A stretch of DNA of 64,000 nt from Carcharhinus longimanus (taxonomy: Eukaryota): the NCBI GenBank assembly GCA_030264375.1, contig JASCQW010000027.1, positions 98,565,776-98,629,775 of the forward strand, given 5' to 3'. The notes below the pieces were generated by a model, which did no database searches, was not told the DNA's origin, and saw only the letters and a list, made by a program, of their open reading frames with translations. Below, piece by piece: positions 63,356 through 64,000 of this stretch (its first letter is position 1; each line of letters opens with the position of its first letter). The position numbers and the translations under genes were made by a program.

Positions 63356-64000
63356 AAACATAGCTGGATACACAGCTGTGTTTGGTTCCACTGTTTTTTT
63401 TTCATTGTATTGAATCGTTGCTTATTGTGCTTAATAACTGCAAGCACCATATTGATTGTGCTGTTACTTTGGAAAGACTGTGTAGAAATACAGTTTTATT
63501 GCAGCTCCTTAAGAAACAAAACTACATGCTTTGTGCTACTGAGCTTACACAGCATTCAGCTGAACTTCAATTAATACACCAGTCGTAATTTCTCTCCCTT
63601 GCCCAGCATTGCTGCATCCATAACTTAGATTGTCCCAAAAAAAATTCAAAGTGTGTAAAAACTGGAGTAACTCTAACCAATTTTTTTGCGGGATTTTCAA
63701 AATGAGCACTGCAAAGAGCCACTCCTGTGGCTGCCTCCAATCTGCATCCCAGGGAATTGGAGCTGCCCCACTCCTGGGATGAAAAATCGCACCATTCAGA
63801 AGAATTTCTTCTGAGACATATGCATCAAGCTAGTGAATTTCTGGACTCTCAACACCTGCCTCAAGAGCAAGAAATGCCCTTAGAATAGCATTCTGCATTT
63901 AGTTAAATTCTTTTTAATCAATTGCATTGTTTCATTGTTGCTCAGCATTTGACCTGTCTCCTATTTCTGTATTTAATACAATCCTGAATGTTTAGCCTGG

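Overview
Vertebrate, very probably elasmobranch (shark) genomic DNA from a gapped draft scaffold; the taxon is inferred from its HE1/V-SINE, DeuSINE and CR1 content and a shark-style [14 protein letters not shown] zinc finger. The whole window lies inside the 3' part of ARHGEF10 on the + strand. Four coding exons of the C-terminal beta-propeller region are visible (2516-gap, 6738-6895, 42488-42630, 49394-49568), with phase-compatible GT-AG junctions and one 35.6 kb intron. The introns are full of transposons: V-SINEs with two alternative tails, DeuSINEs, a second tRNA-SINE with its partner LINE, CR1, Rex1/Babar, L2, a shattered Gypsy gag-pol, Harbinger-like MITEs plus a Myb/SANT remnant, and three distinct Penelope-like element (PLE) families. 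The most notable signal is a set of minimal type I hammerhead ribozyme motifs in PLE termini. These include a fully intact 36-nt motif in a 145-bp non-coding hairpin insertion with a 13-bp TSD (28352-28496), and a second family of short palindromic insertions with back-to-back antiparallel hammerheads. A C2H2 zinc-finger exon with its own splice acceptor is also nested in the last visible intron. All family names come from recognition by eye, not database searches, and repeat boundaries are approximate.
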